Part shown: piece after piece, positions 49,596 to 63,229 of the stretch
Layout: the number at the start of each line of letters is the position of its first letter
How positions within the stretch are numbered: position 1 is the first letter of the stretch
NCBI GenBank assembly: GCA_050273025.1
Contig: CP158635.1
Span: 24,242,001 to 24,306,000, forward strand
Length of the DNA: 64,000 nucleotides
Reading direction: 5' to 3'
Source: Cenococcum geophilum
Lineage: Eukaryota
Made by a program: the position numbers and the translations under genes
Notes under the pieces: model-generated
Told to the model about the DNA's origin: nothing
The model's input: the letters and a program-made list of their open reading frames with translations, nothing else
The model's database searches: none

Positions 49596-52500
49596 CAATC
49601 CCTATACTAATAACACTTCCCTCCCTCTAAAAACATGGCTACGCCTACTTTAAATAACTGGAAAGACTTCTTACTATTAGGGGTAGCTAAGTACGCGAAA
49701 CTTATTAATAAAGATTAGAACGAATTTGCCTTTAATATAACAACTTATACTATAAAACAAGTTAACGGCTTTCTCCTATATTATATTATATTCTACCAAA
49801 ATAGATACTACGCCGATTTATAACTATGGGAGTATTTTAGGGAGGATTTTATAGGATAGACTGCCGATACCTAGGCACTTAGTAACGTTAATATTGTTTA
49901 GGATTTTTAAGACTTCCTCTATAGGAATGGGGTATACGTTACTAAAAACGGTAACCTAATTACTAGTAATATTTAGGCTGTTATTACTAGTATAGAAAAA
50001 CTAATATGGACGGAAGCTAAGATTATATATTAACTACGGAAACCTAAAAACAACCCATATTCTTTAGAAGGCAACTTTAATTTATATTAAAACCCCTAGA
50101 ACGCTAACCCCCTACTTAAAGCTACTCTCCCACCTAGAGATGCTCTTCTACTTAGAGTTGCTTTACCTCTACCTCCTCCACTCTAGCTAACTGGTAAGCT
50201 TTTACTATAAGAAGTCATAAATCTAATAAAGGTATATTCGGACGAAGAGAAGAAGTTTAGAGGAGAATTGTACGACATACTCGGAGCAAAACTATAGGTC
50301 TTTTATAACTGTTGTAATAAGGTTAAAATTTAACATAACCAGTACTATTACGCTTTCTCTGTTATATTAAAGGGACGGGCAGCAATATTTTATTACGACT
50401 ATATTACGGGTAAAAACTATAGCTTTAATGTAATGCTTTAGCTTACTAGAGCTTATTTTAAAACTAATAAGAATCGCTAACTTTATATGTTTAAATGGCG
50501 GGAAACTATATTCTAAAGAGTTATTGCTTCTAACCTAATAAAGACTTATTTAGAGTGCCTTTAACTACTCTTTAATAAACTCTAGAAAATCTAAAGTAGC
50601 TTTACTAAAACTTACCAAAATAAGAATAGCCTAAGGGACTAGGTTATCTTAGCATGCCATAGCGTTCCTAAGTGTAATTTAGCGCTATATAAACCTATAA
50701 ATATGTTTAAAGGAGTATATGCCGAACTACGCTCTGCTATAGGTACTGCGATGCAAATATAAGAACCTTAACAGTTCTATACCGAAAACCTTACCTAACT
50801 AAGTATCCCTAACTAATATAATTATAACTGGACTGACTAAATATATAGTAGCTGTAGTAGGGAATATGGCAAAGGGTATAATTAATGTCGACTATAAGGC
50901 AATTATGGAGGTCCTTATAGAGGTTTATTTCGAAGTAATTACTAAAAGAAGTGCTACGTTTGTAAGAAGCCAAATTACTAGTTAACTAGACACTCCCTTA
51001 ATAAGCGAAAGGAGGCATATAATAAGTTCCGTTAGAGTATAAGAAACGTTAAAAATTATAAGGTTACTTTAGCCTACTTTTAAAGCTTTCTAGTTTAATA
51101 TAAAGGCGTAGAAGATCTTAAGGATAAGGTTAATAAGACTAAACAGCTCCTTATAGATATAGAAATTAAGGACTACTCTCCTAACTAATACTTTACTAAG
51201 TATGGTAAGGTAAATAGCATATAAACCGTCACTATTCTTAATAACTAATCTACGCTCCATTCTATTACGAAGTTAAATATCTTTAATAAGCTAAAGGAGA
51301 GTTTCGCGTTTTCCTTTAACGATAGATACTCGGCGAATGTCTTCTATAGTATTATGCTAGATACTAGAGCCGTAGGAGTATCTATAGTAGGAGAACCTTA
51401 AGTTTAAGCTCTCTAGCAGCTTAATAGCTCTGTTTAGATTAACTAATTAATAGTAGGCTAATATACGATTTGTTTTAGCAAAGGTACTATAATCTCTCTT
51501 GGTATAATTAGGGTTTAAACCCCCTTAGGGTATATTACTTTTCACGTTATTCCTACGAATACCCCGTTTCTATTTTATATTAGAGATATAAATAAATTAG
51601 GCGTTAAGCTTAATAACCTTAAAAATGTACTTATTTAAGGAGATAATTGGGTACCCGTTATATATAAGTAGGGTTACCCCTAGTTGCTCCTTTATTAACT
51701 AAAAAAGAGTATTACTTAAAGCCACTTAACTAAGTTAGAGTTACGCTAACTATACCATTATTTTGGCCACCTATCCGTTTATTAATTGCTTAGGGTTCTT
51801 TAGCAAGTAGGTTATAAAGTTAAGGTTAAGGTAATTAAGCATCTTATAAAGTACTGCTATCACTACTAAATAAACTAGAAGTCCCCTAGCCGATTTAAGT
51901 TCACCCTTAAAGATAACTATAACTTTAACTTCTATATTATTGTTAACGTTATATATCTTAGCGGTAAGCCAGTACTCCAAGTTATTAACTTCTTAACCTC
52001 CTTTTAAGCCGTATAATTATTAAAGAATATATTAGCTAGGAATGTATAGGATACCCTTTAGTTATACTAAATTAATGTTTACCTAGGACCCCCTAATTAA
52101 ATCGTCCACGATATAGGAAAAAACTTCTTATCTATAGAGTTTCGATAATAGATAAAGGTAATAGCAATTAAGGTTAAGAAAGTCCCCGTTAAGGCATATA
52201 ATAGTATTAAAAAAGTGGAATAATATTACGTGCTATTATACCGCGTATATAAGATTATCTCTTTAAAACTAAAGAACGCTAGTAAAGAACTTACCTTATA
52301 AATAGCTGTTAAAGCTATTAACAATTCCGCTAGCCCGGATGGACTTATACCTATATTACTAGTCTTTAGCGCCTACCTATAAATAACTAATAATTCTCTA
52401 CTATCTCCTTTTATTATATAATAAGCTAAGGCGATTTGTAAGGCAATAAAGAAGGTGCGATACCTCTATGCCACACGCTAGGTTAATAACGTACTAGGAA

Positions 52501-54556
52501 TAAGAAATGGCCCAAATACCTTAACTATACTCGATCTGCCACTCTAGTCTAAAGTACGCGTATGGTATAAAAAGGGAGGATGGTTAGGCCCACACCAACT
52601 TATTATAATTAATAGTTAAACTTGCACTATTTAGATGCCTTATAGACCCACTTAATTCCATTTAACTGTTATTAAGCCTTATTATAAAGATAATAATTCT
52701 AAGCCTTTATAGGATACCCTAGAAGATACTCTAGAGGAGAACTACAATTAACGTGCTCTAGAAGGCGACTATAATCCTAATATAATTATAGTAGATACAC
52801 TATAACCATAACGCGGTAGAGGTCGCCTAAAGGGATTATAAAATTACTAATATCTTATTAATTTTAAAGAATAATTTATTGCCGCCATTAAGAATAGAGT
52901 TAAGTTATTAATGGCCTTTATAATAGCTAAAGAGAAGGCTAACTTTAAGCTCGCAAAACAGCTCTAAAAGGAAGGTCGTATTATAACCCTAGGAGCTCCT
53001 TTCTAAGTATCTAATAAGTAGGAGATTAACCGTCTTATTATAAGAGGAGTCTTTAAATTTAAGAAGTATAACCCTACCAAATTTAATGGAGTTTGCATCT
53101 TTAAGTTAAGAATAGTTAATAAGATTAAGGGTAAAGCTACTAATGCCCCATTTAAGAAATTAAGGCTTATTATTTAAGGTTACAACGATAATAGTAAGGA
53201 GATAATTCTTATGTAATCTCCTATAATTTAATAAGCTAGTTAGCAAGTTATTATTGCGCTAGCTCCCTCCTTAATAAAGAATAAAATGGTAGTTTATTTG
53301 CGAGATATTACTTAAGTCTACACCTAATTAAAAACGCACCTTTAGCGCTTAATATTAGCATACCTTCCGGAGCAAATTCGCCACTAGTATCCTGAAGATA
53401 CGATTATAGTTATACTTAAGCCATTATATAGAATCGCAGAGGTAGGAACTTATTAGTGGGCTACCTATAGTAAGCACTATAAAGAGAAGCTTTTAATAAC
53501 TACTTCTATATTTAATCCCTACTTCCTTATTATAACTACAGGAACTTTATTCGAAATTGTTAGCATATAAACTAATAATATAATTATCTTAGGGGACGAC
53601 CAATTCTTAGCTCTTAAAGAAGATGAGCTAGTAAAGGCAAATCTTATAGTAAAGCCAAAAGAAAAGCTTAATTTAATAACACTATTACTCTTTAATAGAT
53701 GCATCCTCTCCCTAAATAAGGATTCTATTGTATTACGCCAGAAGGGTTAAGGTAAGAAGGTTAACGTTATTAACGTTAATTCTTTAAAGCAAGGATATGT
53801 GGAGCAACGTGCTTGCGGAGCTTATATTACTTCTATCTATTAACCTAAGGCTTTATTTAATCTTTCTGTTGCTACCTAATACTAGAAACCTACTAAGGAT
53901 AATGTTCTTACCTTAAATAAGCGTCTTTTTTGGTAAATAAACCATCTTGATTAGGGACTACTTTATATACCTATTAATCTTCCCACCGCTAAGCTCTTTA
54001 TATTTATTAATGGATTGTTTACAAATAATAAAGATTTTAGCTCCTAGTTAGGATATAAGATTATTATTATAAACAAATCTACTAGAGAGAATAACTTTAC
54101 AATTTACAGTAATCTTATTTATTAGAGCTTAACTAAGAGTAAGCGCATTACTTAAAGTGTTCTAGCGTTAGAGATATATGGAATAGTTGGCGGAGTTAAT
54201 ATAGTAATTGCAATTGGAACTACCCTAAAGATAATTATAGATCGACTTAAAGTTCCCGTTATCCCTACGATTATATACACCGACTTATATTCCCTCTATA
54301 AGTGTCTAGTTAAGCTTAGTACCATAAAGGAGAAGCGCCTTATAATTAATATTATAGCACTTTAGCAATCCTATAAGTGTTAAAAACTCTTTAAAATTTA
54401 ATAGATTAATGGCTAAGATAACCTAGTAGATGTAATAACGAAGGCGAACCTAAATAAGGCACTAAAGACGTTTGTTAATATAAATACTCTGCGTATACGA
54501 GTTAAAGGTTAGGTTAAAAGGGAATCCCTAGAAATTTCTTAGTTATATAAGGTCTT

Positions 54557-54626
54557 AAGATATTTAGGAACTTCGACCGGCGGTTGAAGTTATCTAATTA
54601 GTCAGATTCTCTTACCAAGACTTTTT
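54557..54626 (+). promoter_or_regulatory. Conserved palindromic 3'-UTR cassette (motif A); other copies at 4797-4864 (+), 15501-15567, 20472-20540, 35535-35603, 44488-44554 (all -)
   Basis: Six alignable copies, always in element-sense orientation between the pol stop and the PPT. Function unknown, so the regulatory label is inference. Confidence 0.6.
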
Positions 54627-56939
54627 TAGAGGGGGGGAGTATAATATTTTGTAAACCCTAACTTAACCTAGCCAATTAGGATTTTCCATCCCTAGGATGG
54701 AAAATCGCTATTAGCTCGCTTACTACTAGCGCCTTGGCGGCCCTCCGAATAAGATATCTACCTACAACTCCTAAGTAAGAAAGCACTACGTGCTAAAAGG
54801 CAAATTTTTGGGATAGCGAGACTTATATTACAATGGCAATAGTGAGTAAGGAGGATTAATATTTGTTACGCTAGTCGAGCGGTATATATATATCGATGGC
54901 AACCGTAAGGGAAGAGTTACTAGTGTTAAAAATATAGGCAAGTTGCCGTTACGTGCGGTAAGTTGCTATTACGTGTCGCCGCGGCACTAGTGTAGCGAGG
55001 AGCCCTAAGCTCCTTGCCTCCCCCCTAATAAATGACAGAATAACAATTATTATACTATCTACGAACCGTAGCTATATGATATCACCTTGTGTAACTAACA
55101 CTAATAATAGGTAATAAGCTATAAATCTTTCGTAGGTTAGTAGGTTGTTTAAGGTTATAGCAATCTTTTCTTATAGCTAAATTATTAGCTTATTATATAG
55201 GTCTAATTAGTAGTTCTTAAGGGGAACCTAGCCTTCTCCTATAAGGTATAGGAATTAAGTTTAAAATTTAGTAAAGGGTTAGTTTGGTTTTATTATTAGG
55301 CGATTATAGTTATAATAGGCATTCTATACTTTGTTTGGGTTAATATAGATAGCCACTAGGTACTATATTATTTTATTAATAAATATAAATTGGATAGGGG
55401 AGTCGTCCTTAAACTTAGCTTAAAGGTACTATTAGGCGTCCCTAGTAGTTCGACTAAAGAGGTAGAGTATTTTAGCTTCTTTAAAAAGGAAATAGTTATA
55501 GTTAATACAAAGCTTTCCTTATACTTAAATCCTCTAATTCTTAAAGGTAGGGTCTATCCCGTTAGATAGTAGTGGGGAGTTAGGGAGCTAAACGGACTTT
55601 AATTGCTTTGTTATTATATTTATACTCTCTAGTATATCGTATTTAGTAAAGTAAACAGGTTAGCTAGGGCTTTAAAAAGGGAAAGCTAGGCTATTTTATA
55701 GGGCTTCCTAGCTAGCTGCAAGGGCGCGAATCTGCTCGCGTATATTTACAATATTATTATTATCTTTAATTTCTAATCCTAATTAGATCTTAGGTTCCTC
55801 TTAGGTAAAGGCAGCTCTCTTAAATAAGCTTACTTTAGGTACCATCGTTAGCTTCTTAAGGTTCATTAGTATTATACGCTTTAGTTTTAATTCTAGGTGT
55901 TACGGACACTTTAAGTACGATGTTACGACTACTTAGAGAGGAGTTGGAAGAAGCTAGTTAGTTAATTTAAGCACGGTCCAGGATGGAGCCGGTAGAGCTA
56001 TGTGACGAGGAATAGTAACCGAGGTCACGTGACGTAATCTATATAATCTGTAGGATCTATATAATCTATAATAGAGTAGACAGAGTATATATACATTACG
56101 TATAAGAAGGATTTCATAGGAGTACGGTTGTGTATTTAAGGACCTTTAGTCCCTACCTAGATAGTTCCTTCCTTGTAGTAATTCTTAGAATACAATTAGA
56201 GTTAATCTATTAGGCAACCACTCCACTAGTTATTATTACGTTATTAACTTTAATTTATATTACCTACACACCTAGCCCATTAACGAGCCTATTATAGTAC
56301 TTGCTATAAGGTTCCGTTATACAATTACTACCTAGTTACGGTATTAAATACAAAAAGTTGAATAACATGCCACCAAAAGCAGCCACCATAACGCCATCAA
56401 CGGCAGCAACTACTTCGAGATTAGGAAACGACACTAGCATAGTAGATACTAATTTATAGCAACCTGTGACGGTCGGACAGTTATAAGAGGTAATTAACTA
56501 GTTAATAGCTAATAACGCAGCGTTAGAAGAAAGGGTTAATAGGATTAAAGCAGTAAAGGTCAAGTTACTATTAATTAAAAGGTACTTAGGAGAAAGATTA
56601 AAGCTTAAGGGGTTTCTTACCCAAATGCACTTTAAAGTTACATAGGAAGGGGTAAAGTTACCAACACCTATGGATTAAATAGCCTATACAAGACTATTCC
56701 TATTAGAAAGAGCACTTAAATAGTTTAAACCTTACCTTATAGAGATATAGACAAACGGAATAACAACCACTAATTAGGAGGTGCGGTTTATATTCTTAAG
56801 CTAGGAAGAATTCGCAGAGTAACTTATATAAATGTTTAGAGACCTAGAGGCAGTAACCACGGCGGAAAAAAAACTCTAAGACATTACGTAATAGACCTTA
56901 GCAATTAAATATATAATATAGTTCTAGACGCTAGTAATA

Positions 56940-57462
56940 CTCGTGGCACCCACTAGTAAGCAGCGCTTACTAGTGGTCCCGGGCTCAATGCAACAACCGA
57001 GCTCAATGCAACTTTTATATTTGTATGGCGTCTCATACAAAATCGACCTTTTTCCAAGTTGAATAACTTAACAATACTACATAGAAATTATATAAGAATT
57101 TAAAGGCTTATATATAATCCTTTAAAAATCAATAATATAACTTATTTAAAGCTGATATTTATTGTATTTATTGTATTTCTATACTTTTTATTATTATATT
57201 TTATTTAAGGCCAGTAAATACTAAAACTTCTATAAAATAGAAAATTAATATTAAAATTAAGTTTCTTTATACTTATTTAGGTATAAAAAAAAGAAGTATA
57301 TATATTTAATAATTTATTATAGCGTTGTTGTTGAGTTATTCAACTTGGAAAAAGGTTGATTTTATATGAGACGCCATACAAATATAAAAGTTGCATTGAG
57401 CTCGGTTGTTGCATTGAGCCCGGGACCACTAGTAAGCGCTGCTTACTAGTGGGTGCCACGAG
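56940..57462. mobile_element. Tc1/mariner-type MITE (TA TSD) with ~135-bp TIRs, inserted in G gag
   Basis: Ends CTCGTGGCACCC... / ...GGGTGCCACGAG flanked by TA; near-perfect inverted arms ~56940-57075 / 57327-57462; AT-rich non-coding core. Removing it plus one TA restores the gag frame. Confidence 0.92.
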
Positions 57463-60400
57463 TATAAGTAGAGTGGAATAATAAGGCGCTTATAGTACAG
57501 TATAAGTAAGGACTTAAGGCTAAAGTCTAGGACGTAATTATTCTAATAAAAGATACGGACACCCTACGGGATTTAATAGATTAGGCGATTAAGATTAATA
57601 ATTAGATCTACCAAAGGGAATAGGCTAAGAGAGGTTAGGATAGAGTTTTACAGTTATATAAGACGCAGAGCACGTAACGACTAAAGCTAAGTTAGAAATT
57701 ATAGTATAGCGTAAAGCCAATAGACCTAAGCGGTACTAAAGAAGCCTATAAGAGATAGAGTAAGAAACTATAGAAACCTAGAGGTTAAGGATTTAGTGAT
57801 TATAGAACTAAAAAGCAGAGGCTAAACCAAGGATCTTAGCAGCAGAAGACGTTTAGGCGGACTCTATAGCAAAGTTAATGGTTTAAAGATAGAGCTTATA
57901 TAAATTACGGGAAATAAGGTTATTTTATAAGGGATTGCAAAGATAGTTAGAGTTACTATACAATAAAGGGAACTAGACTAGTAGTAGAAGACATATATAT
58001 ATAGAGGGACGACAGTATACTACGAGGAATAAAAGAGTGTTTAATTAAAAGTTTTGCATTTTGTTATAACAATATATACTAAATTTATAAAGACGCTAAG
58101 TATAGCGTAAGCTATTAGCTATAGGAGCTAAAATCTATAGAGTGTAGAGGAACTAATAAACTAGTTTATAGATCGGATATTAAGGACAATAAATTTAATA
58201 AAGATAAAACATTTTATAACAATAAGGTAATAAAGGCGGCTTACTAGGAGCATGTAGACCTTAGAGATGTTATACTAGAGGTAGAGGATAATTCCACTAC
58301 AGAATAGGGAACATTAGTAGGGATTAAGACCCCACTAGATACGATGTCTATCGCTTTACAAGACGTAAAAGAAGTAGGATAGTAAACTACTTCGGCACTT
58401 AATAAAGGCAAAAGGCCAAAAGCTTAAGATTCTTAAGATAAGATAAGAGATAACTAAGATTCTTAAAATAAGATAAGGTAAGCTTAAGGACCTATAATAG
58501 ACAATAACCAATAGAGCAGAGTAATGGCTTAATTTAGTAATATATAAATGAGCTTAGGATAAAGTTTCCTAAAGGCATAAAACTCTCAAGACAAGATAAG
58601 TGAGATTTAAGACTCTTAAGATAAGATAAGAACACTAAGCAAGCCTAGTTAAACTAAGGTAAGAGTAAAGCTTAAGTTAGAAGCAAGCTTAGGATTAAGA
58701 ATCCTATGGAACTAAGACTTTAAGATATAAATAAGGACCATTAATAAGATTAAAGAATCTATAGCATAAATAGCAACTAGACTAGGAGACAGATATATAG
58801 ACCTAGAGGACTTACTAGTAGAATATAGTGTTTGGACTAAAGATTGAAAAGTTAATACTAAGATTAAAAAGTAAGAGAACTTTAAGAATTAGAGCGCAAA
58901 ACGCAAACTAAAGGAAACCATAGAGGAGTTTAGATAAAGAATTATCGTATAGCAAGAGCAGAAACTAGATAAGAGATCTAGCACGTTAGGACGTATAAGG
59001 GACAGAGCGCTAGTATAAAGAATCACCAATAGGCTGAGAGCAGGCATATTAAGAGCTAAGTGGTTTACTAAACTGGAAAATAAAGAGGATCTAGGGATTC
59101 TAACTAGGTTTAAGAAATAACACACTAAAGGTTATTACGATATAGCAATAAGAAGATACTTCCTTATAAATAAACCGTATATACTCTAGTAGCTGTATTA
59201 AAAGTGGTATAGGCAAAGGTATAATAATAAGTGGGAAGATTTCTATATGTGGTTAGATAAGAAAGTTATTTAGGACTACCTAATTACGGAAAAAGCAATA
59301 AGTTATATTAAAGGAGCCTTAATTATAATATTAAAAGATCTAGAGGAGTGTTTAGAGGACTAGAGAAACAAGAGACGTATTTTAGTACCTATAAATAAAG
59401 TCGCAACGTTCAGATTAATATGGTAGAGGTTTAAACTTAAGGATAAAGACGAACTAAGAGTTAACCTAAAGTACTAAGCATATTATACGCTATCGTGGAT
59501 CGCATATATAGATAATACGTATAACATATATAAAGCACCTAAGGATAAGCACCAGAAATACCCTATAAGAATATATTAGTTAATAAAAGAATAAAAGTAC
59601 AGAAACGCTAAGTATATACATAGTTAGCATTTAGTGGAAGTTTAAGAGTTAGGAGACTTAATACTTTAGCTAGGAAGATTCCTTACGGAAAAATGCCTAG
59701 ACGGATAACAGTGGTGAGAGTACTTAGAGAATACGTATCTATAGTATATTAAAGATAAAAAGCAAACTAAGTATTGGCCTAAGTTGGACCAAGTATAAAT
59801 AGGATTAAGTAGCTAACAGTTAGGAAAAGTAGAGGCCTACGGAACTAGAGGGAGCTAGTAGTAGAGCCTTAGACCCTTAAAGGAATTTAAGGATAATACC
59901 TAAATTTATGAGTTAAATAGTAAGATTAACAGTTTGAGGCGCTAATAGATAGTGGAGCAATAAGGAACCACATCTCGCTAGCAGCAGTTAAAAGAATGGG
60001 TTTACTACACAGGAAAAAGGAGTACTCTTACCCATTAGTGACGATTTTAGGAGATCTGATAGCCTATAAAAAAGGCATTATTAATCTTAAAATAGGACCT
60101 ATTTAGTTAACTATTAAAGGGAGACAGATTAAGATATCTTTTGATATATTACTATTAGGGAATAATAAGGCAGTACTAGAAATGCCTTAGTTATAGGAAT
60201 ACAATCTAAAAATCGATTAGGTTATAGGTTAGGTCGATATTAGGGATACTTAACGCCGTAAGATATAATAACAAGCTAAGTTAGTATAGTACTAAGTAGG
60301 GGCGACCTACAAAGAAATAGAAAAAGGGCTAAGCCATATACTAAAGAGATACTATAAGTACGGTAAGAAACTATAGTTACTAGAGAGTAAAAAGCTGTTA

Positions 60401-63229
60401 GAGTATATAGTATAGAATTATAAGATAGAATTAAAACCAGGAATAAGTTTAAGGTTCTTTTTAATCTATAAGCTTACCGAAGAAGAAGGTAGAGTATTAA
60501 AAGAGTTTATCTAGGAAAATCTATAAAAGGGATATATTAGACCATTGCAGTCATCAGCGGGTTATCTAGTACTATTTATACCAAAAAAGAATGGCAAACT
60601 AAGGCTGTATATCGACTATAGACAGTTAAATAGCATCACTAGGAAGGATAAGTATCCTTTACCCTTAATTAGTAAGATCTAAGACAGGATAGGGAATGTA
60701 TAAATCTTTACGAAGATAGATCTAAGATAGGCATACCATTAGATTAGGATTAAGGAAGGCAACAAATGGAAGGCAGCCTTTAGGTCAAAAAAAGGACTAT
60801 ATAAACTATTAGTTATATAATTTGGGCTTATAAACGCACCAGCAACATTTTAGAAACGTATTAATAATATATTAGGAGAATACTTAGATGAATTTGTTAT
60901 GGTATACCTTAATATTATTATTATCTACTTAATAACTAAGGAAGAATATAAGGAACACGTTAAATAGGTCTTAAAAAGACTACAAGAAGAACAGATACTA
61001 GTAGTAATTAAGAAATATAAGTTCTTTACCAGGAAGACAGATTTCGTTAGATTTATTATTAAACTAGGCCAACTTAGTATAGATCTAAAGAAGATTAAGG
61101 CTATAGTGAATTGGTAAGAACTAGAGAACGTTACGCAGTTAAAATCGTTCCTAGGGTTTTACAATTACTATAAAAGGTTTATAGCGTAATGGTTAAAAAA
61201 TACTAAACTATTTACGCAATTAACGAAGAAAGAAGAACTATAGGTATAGGGAAAGGAACAGCGGGAGCTCTTTAAGAAGGTTAAAGAGTTATTTACCTAG
61301 GAGCTAGTTCTTAAAATCTATTAACTAGGACTAGAGACGGTTATAGAAATAGATATATCGGACTATATACTAGGGGCATGCTTTGTGTAAAAGCATCTAG
61401 ATAGATGGCACCTAGTAGTATATTATAGTTAAAAAATAACACCACTAGAGTTAAACTATAACATCTATAACAAGGAGTTATTAGGTATAATTACAGTACT
61501 AAAGGAATAGAGAGCATTCTTATAAGGCATAGAGAAACTATTTATAGTTAAGACAGATTATAAGAACCTAATAGGATTCCTAATAATAAAGGAACTTAAC
61601 TAGAGATAGGTTAGATAGGCAGAGATGCTTACGGAATACTATTTTAAGATTTAGCATATTAAGGGTACAGACAACATATAAGTAGATACTCTAAGTTAAA
61701 AAGCTAAATTATAAAGCAATAAAAAGCTATTAGGGGCTTTACTGCAAAAAGACACAGATGGATTAATTAGGTATAATCATCTAAAAATTATAGCAACTTA
61801 GGAAGAACTAGATAGAGTTTATAAGTCACTAGAAAGCTTTTAGGTATAAAGAATTCTAAAGGCATAACTAAAAGACCTATAGATAGACATATACGAAAAT
61901 TAAGAAGCTAAGTATATCCTAAAAAGCATAGTAGAGCAATTTATAGAAGACTTCTATAAGGGAATAACTTAAGGATATAATGGAGCTACGGGCTTAGTAT
62001 TAAGACTCTAGGAAGAATATATTATTAACAGAATCTAGGGACTAGTATAAAAAGTTATAAAGAAATATCTAGATTGCTAGAGAAATAAACCAATAAGGTA
62101 TAAGCTATATGGAGGGCTACAACCTGTTAAAATACCAGAGAGACTATAGGAGGTCATATTATAGGACTTTATTGTTAAGTTACTAAGGTTAAGAGATCCT
62201 ATTACTAGATAAGATTATAACGCGATCTTAGTAATAGTAGATAAGCTTATAAAGTAGGGATACTTTATAGTATATATAGAAGAAATATTAGCAGAAGATG
62301 TCGCTAGGATTTATATTAAGGAAGTGTTTATAAGATATAGAGTACTAAGCAAAATTATATTAGATAGAGATCTAAGATTTATAGCAGCATTTTAGGAGGT
62401 ATTCTTAGCGGAGTAAGGAGTTAGAGTAGCAACTTCCACCGTATATTATCCGTAGACAGATGGTTAAATAGAAAGACTAAATTAGACACTAGAGTAGTAT
62501 TTAAGACACTATATTAATTACGTATAGAACAATTAGGTATTATTATTACCAATTATACAGTTTATATACAATATAACACCTTAAGAAGGAATAGGCATAT
62601 TACCATTTAAGGCGAATTATAGATATAAGCTAAGGATATCGTTATTACTATAATAAGTAAAGAAAACAAGTAGCATAGCTAAAGAAAGAATAAAGACGTT
62701 AATAAATCTTTATGTAGACCTTATAGAATTAGTAAAGAAGGTATAAAAAAGAATAAAAAGATACTATAACGCTAAGAGATCTAAGGGACCAGATCTTAAG
62801 GAGGGAGATAGAGTGTAGCTACTATATAAAAATTTTAAGAGTTAACGACTAAGCAAGAAGTTAGACTACGTTAGACTAGGACCTTTTAAAATTAAGTAAA
62901 GGATTTCACCGGTTACGTTTAAGTTAAACCTACTAGCTAAGATAAAGATCTACCCTATATAGTATATTATAATGCTAGAGCCAGTATATAGGAATATTAA
63001 GCTACCGGTTTATAAAGCAGACATATATAGAGGATAAGAGGAAGATAAATAGCAAGTTTTAAAGATCATTAGTTATAAGGACGTTGACAATAAAATATAG
63101 TATAAGGTTAAGTAGATAGGCTATAATAAGACTACCTAGGAGCTACTAGAGAACTTAAAAAATGCTATAGGAAAGGTACAGGAGTATTAAAAGATATTAG
63201 GTTAGGCAGCATTAATAAAGAAGGATCGC

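Larger units (their letters stand above)
49036..55100 (+). mobile_element. Ty1/Copia (GalEa-like) retrotransposon, full length (Copia-2)
   Basis: 177-bp LTRs 49036-49212 and 54924-55100; TSD CTAAT; ORF from ATG ~49635 to ~54540 with KCYVCKKPN knuckle, LDTRA protease, integrase, then RT (RDIT*VYT, LKPLY, *TNN = RIPed QTDD) and RNase H (EKRLIINI). Confidence 0.95.
44092..55897 (-). mobile_element. Gypsy chromovirus B2 (second copy of family B); hosts Copia-2 and G; 5' end outside the window
   Basis: LTR 44092-44302 is near-identical to the B1 LTRs. The body is collinear with B1, lacks the C and piggyBac insertions, and has a ~60-bp deletion near 55703. Confidence 0.95.

Noticed and set aside
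49419..49610. 63-aa ORF with KRVLNN repeats
   Set aside because: Translation of the 18-bp tandem repeat in the Copia leader; no evidence it is coding.
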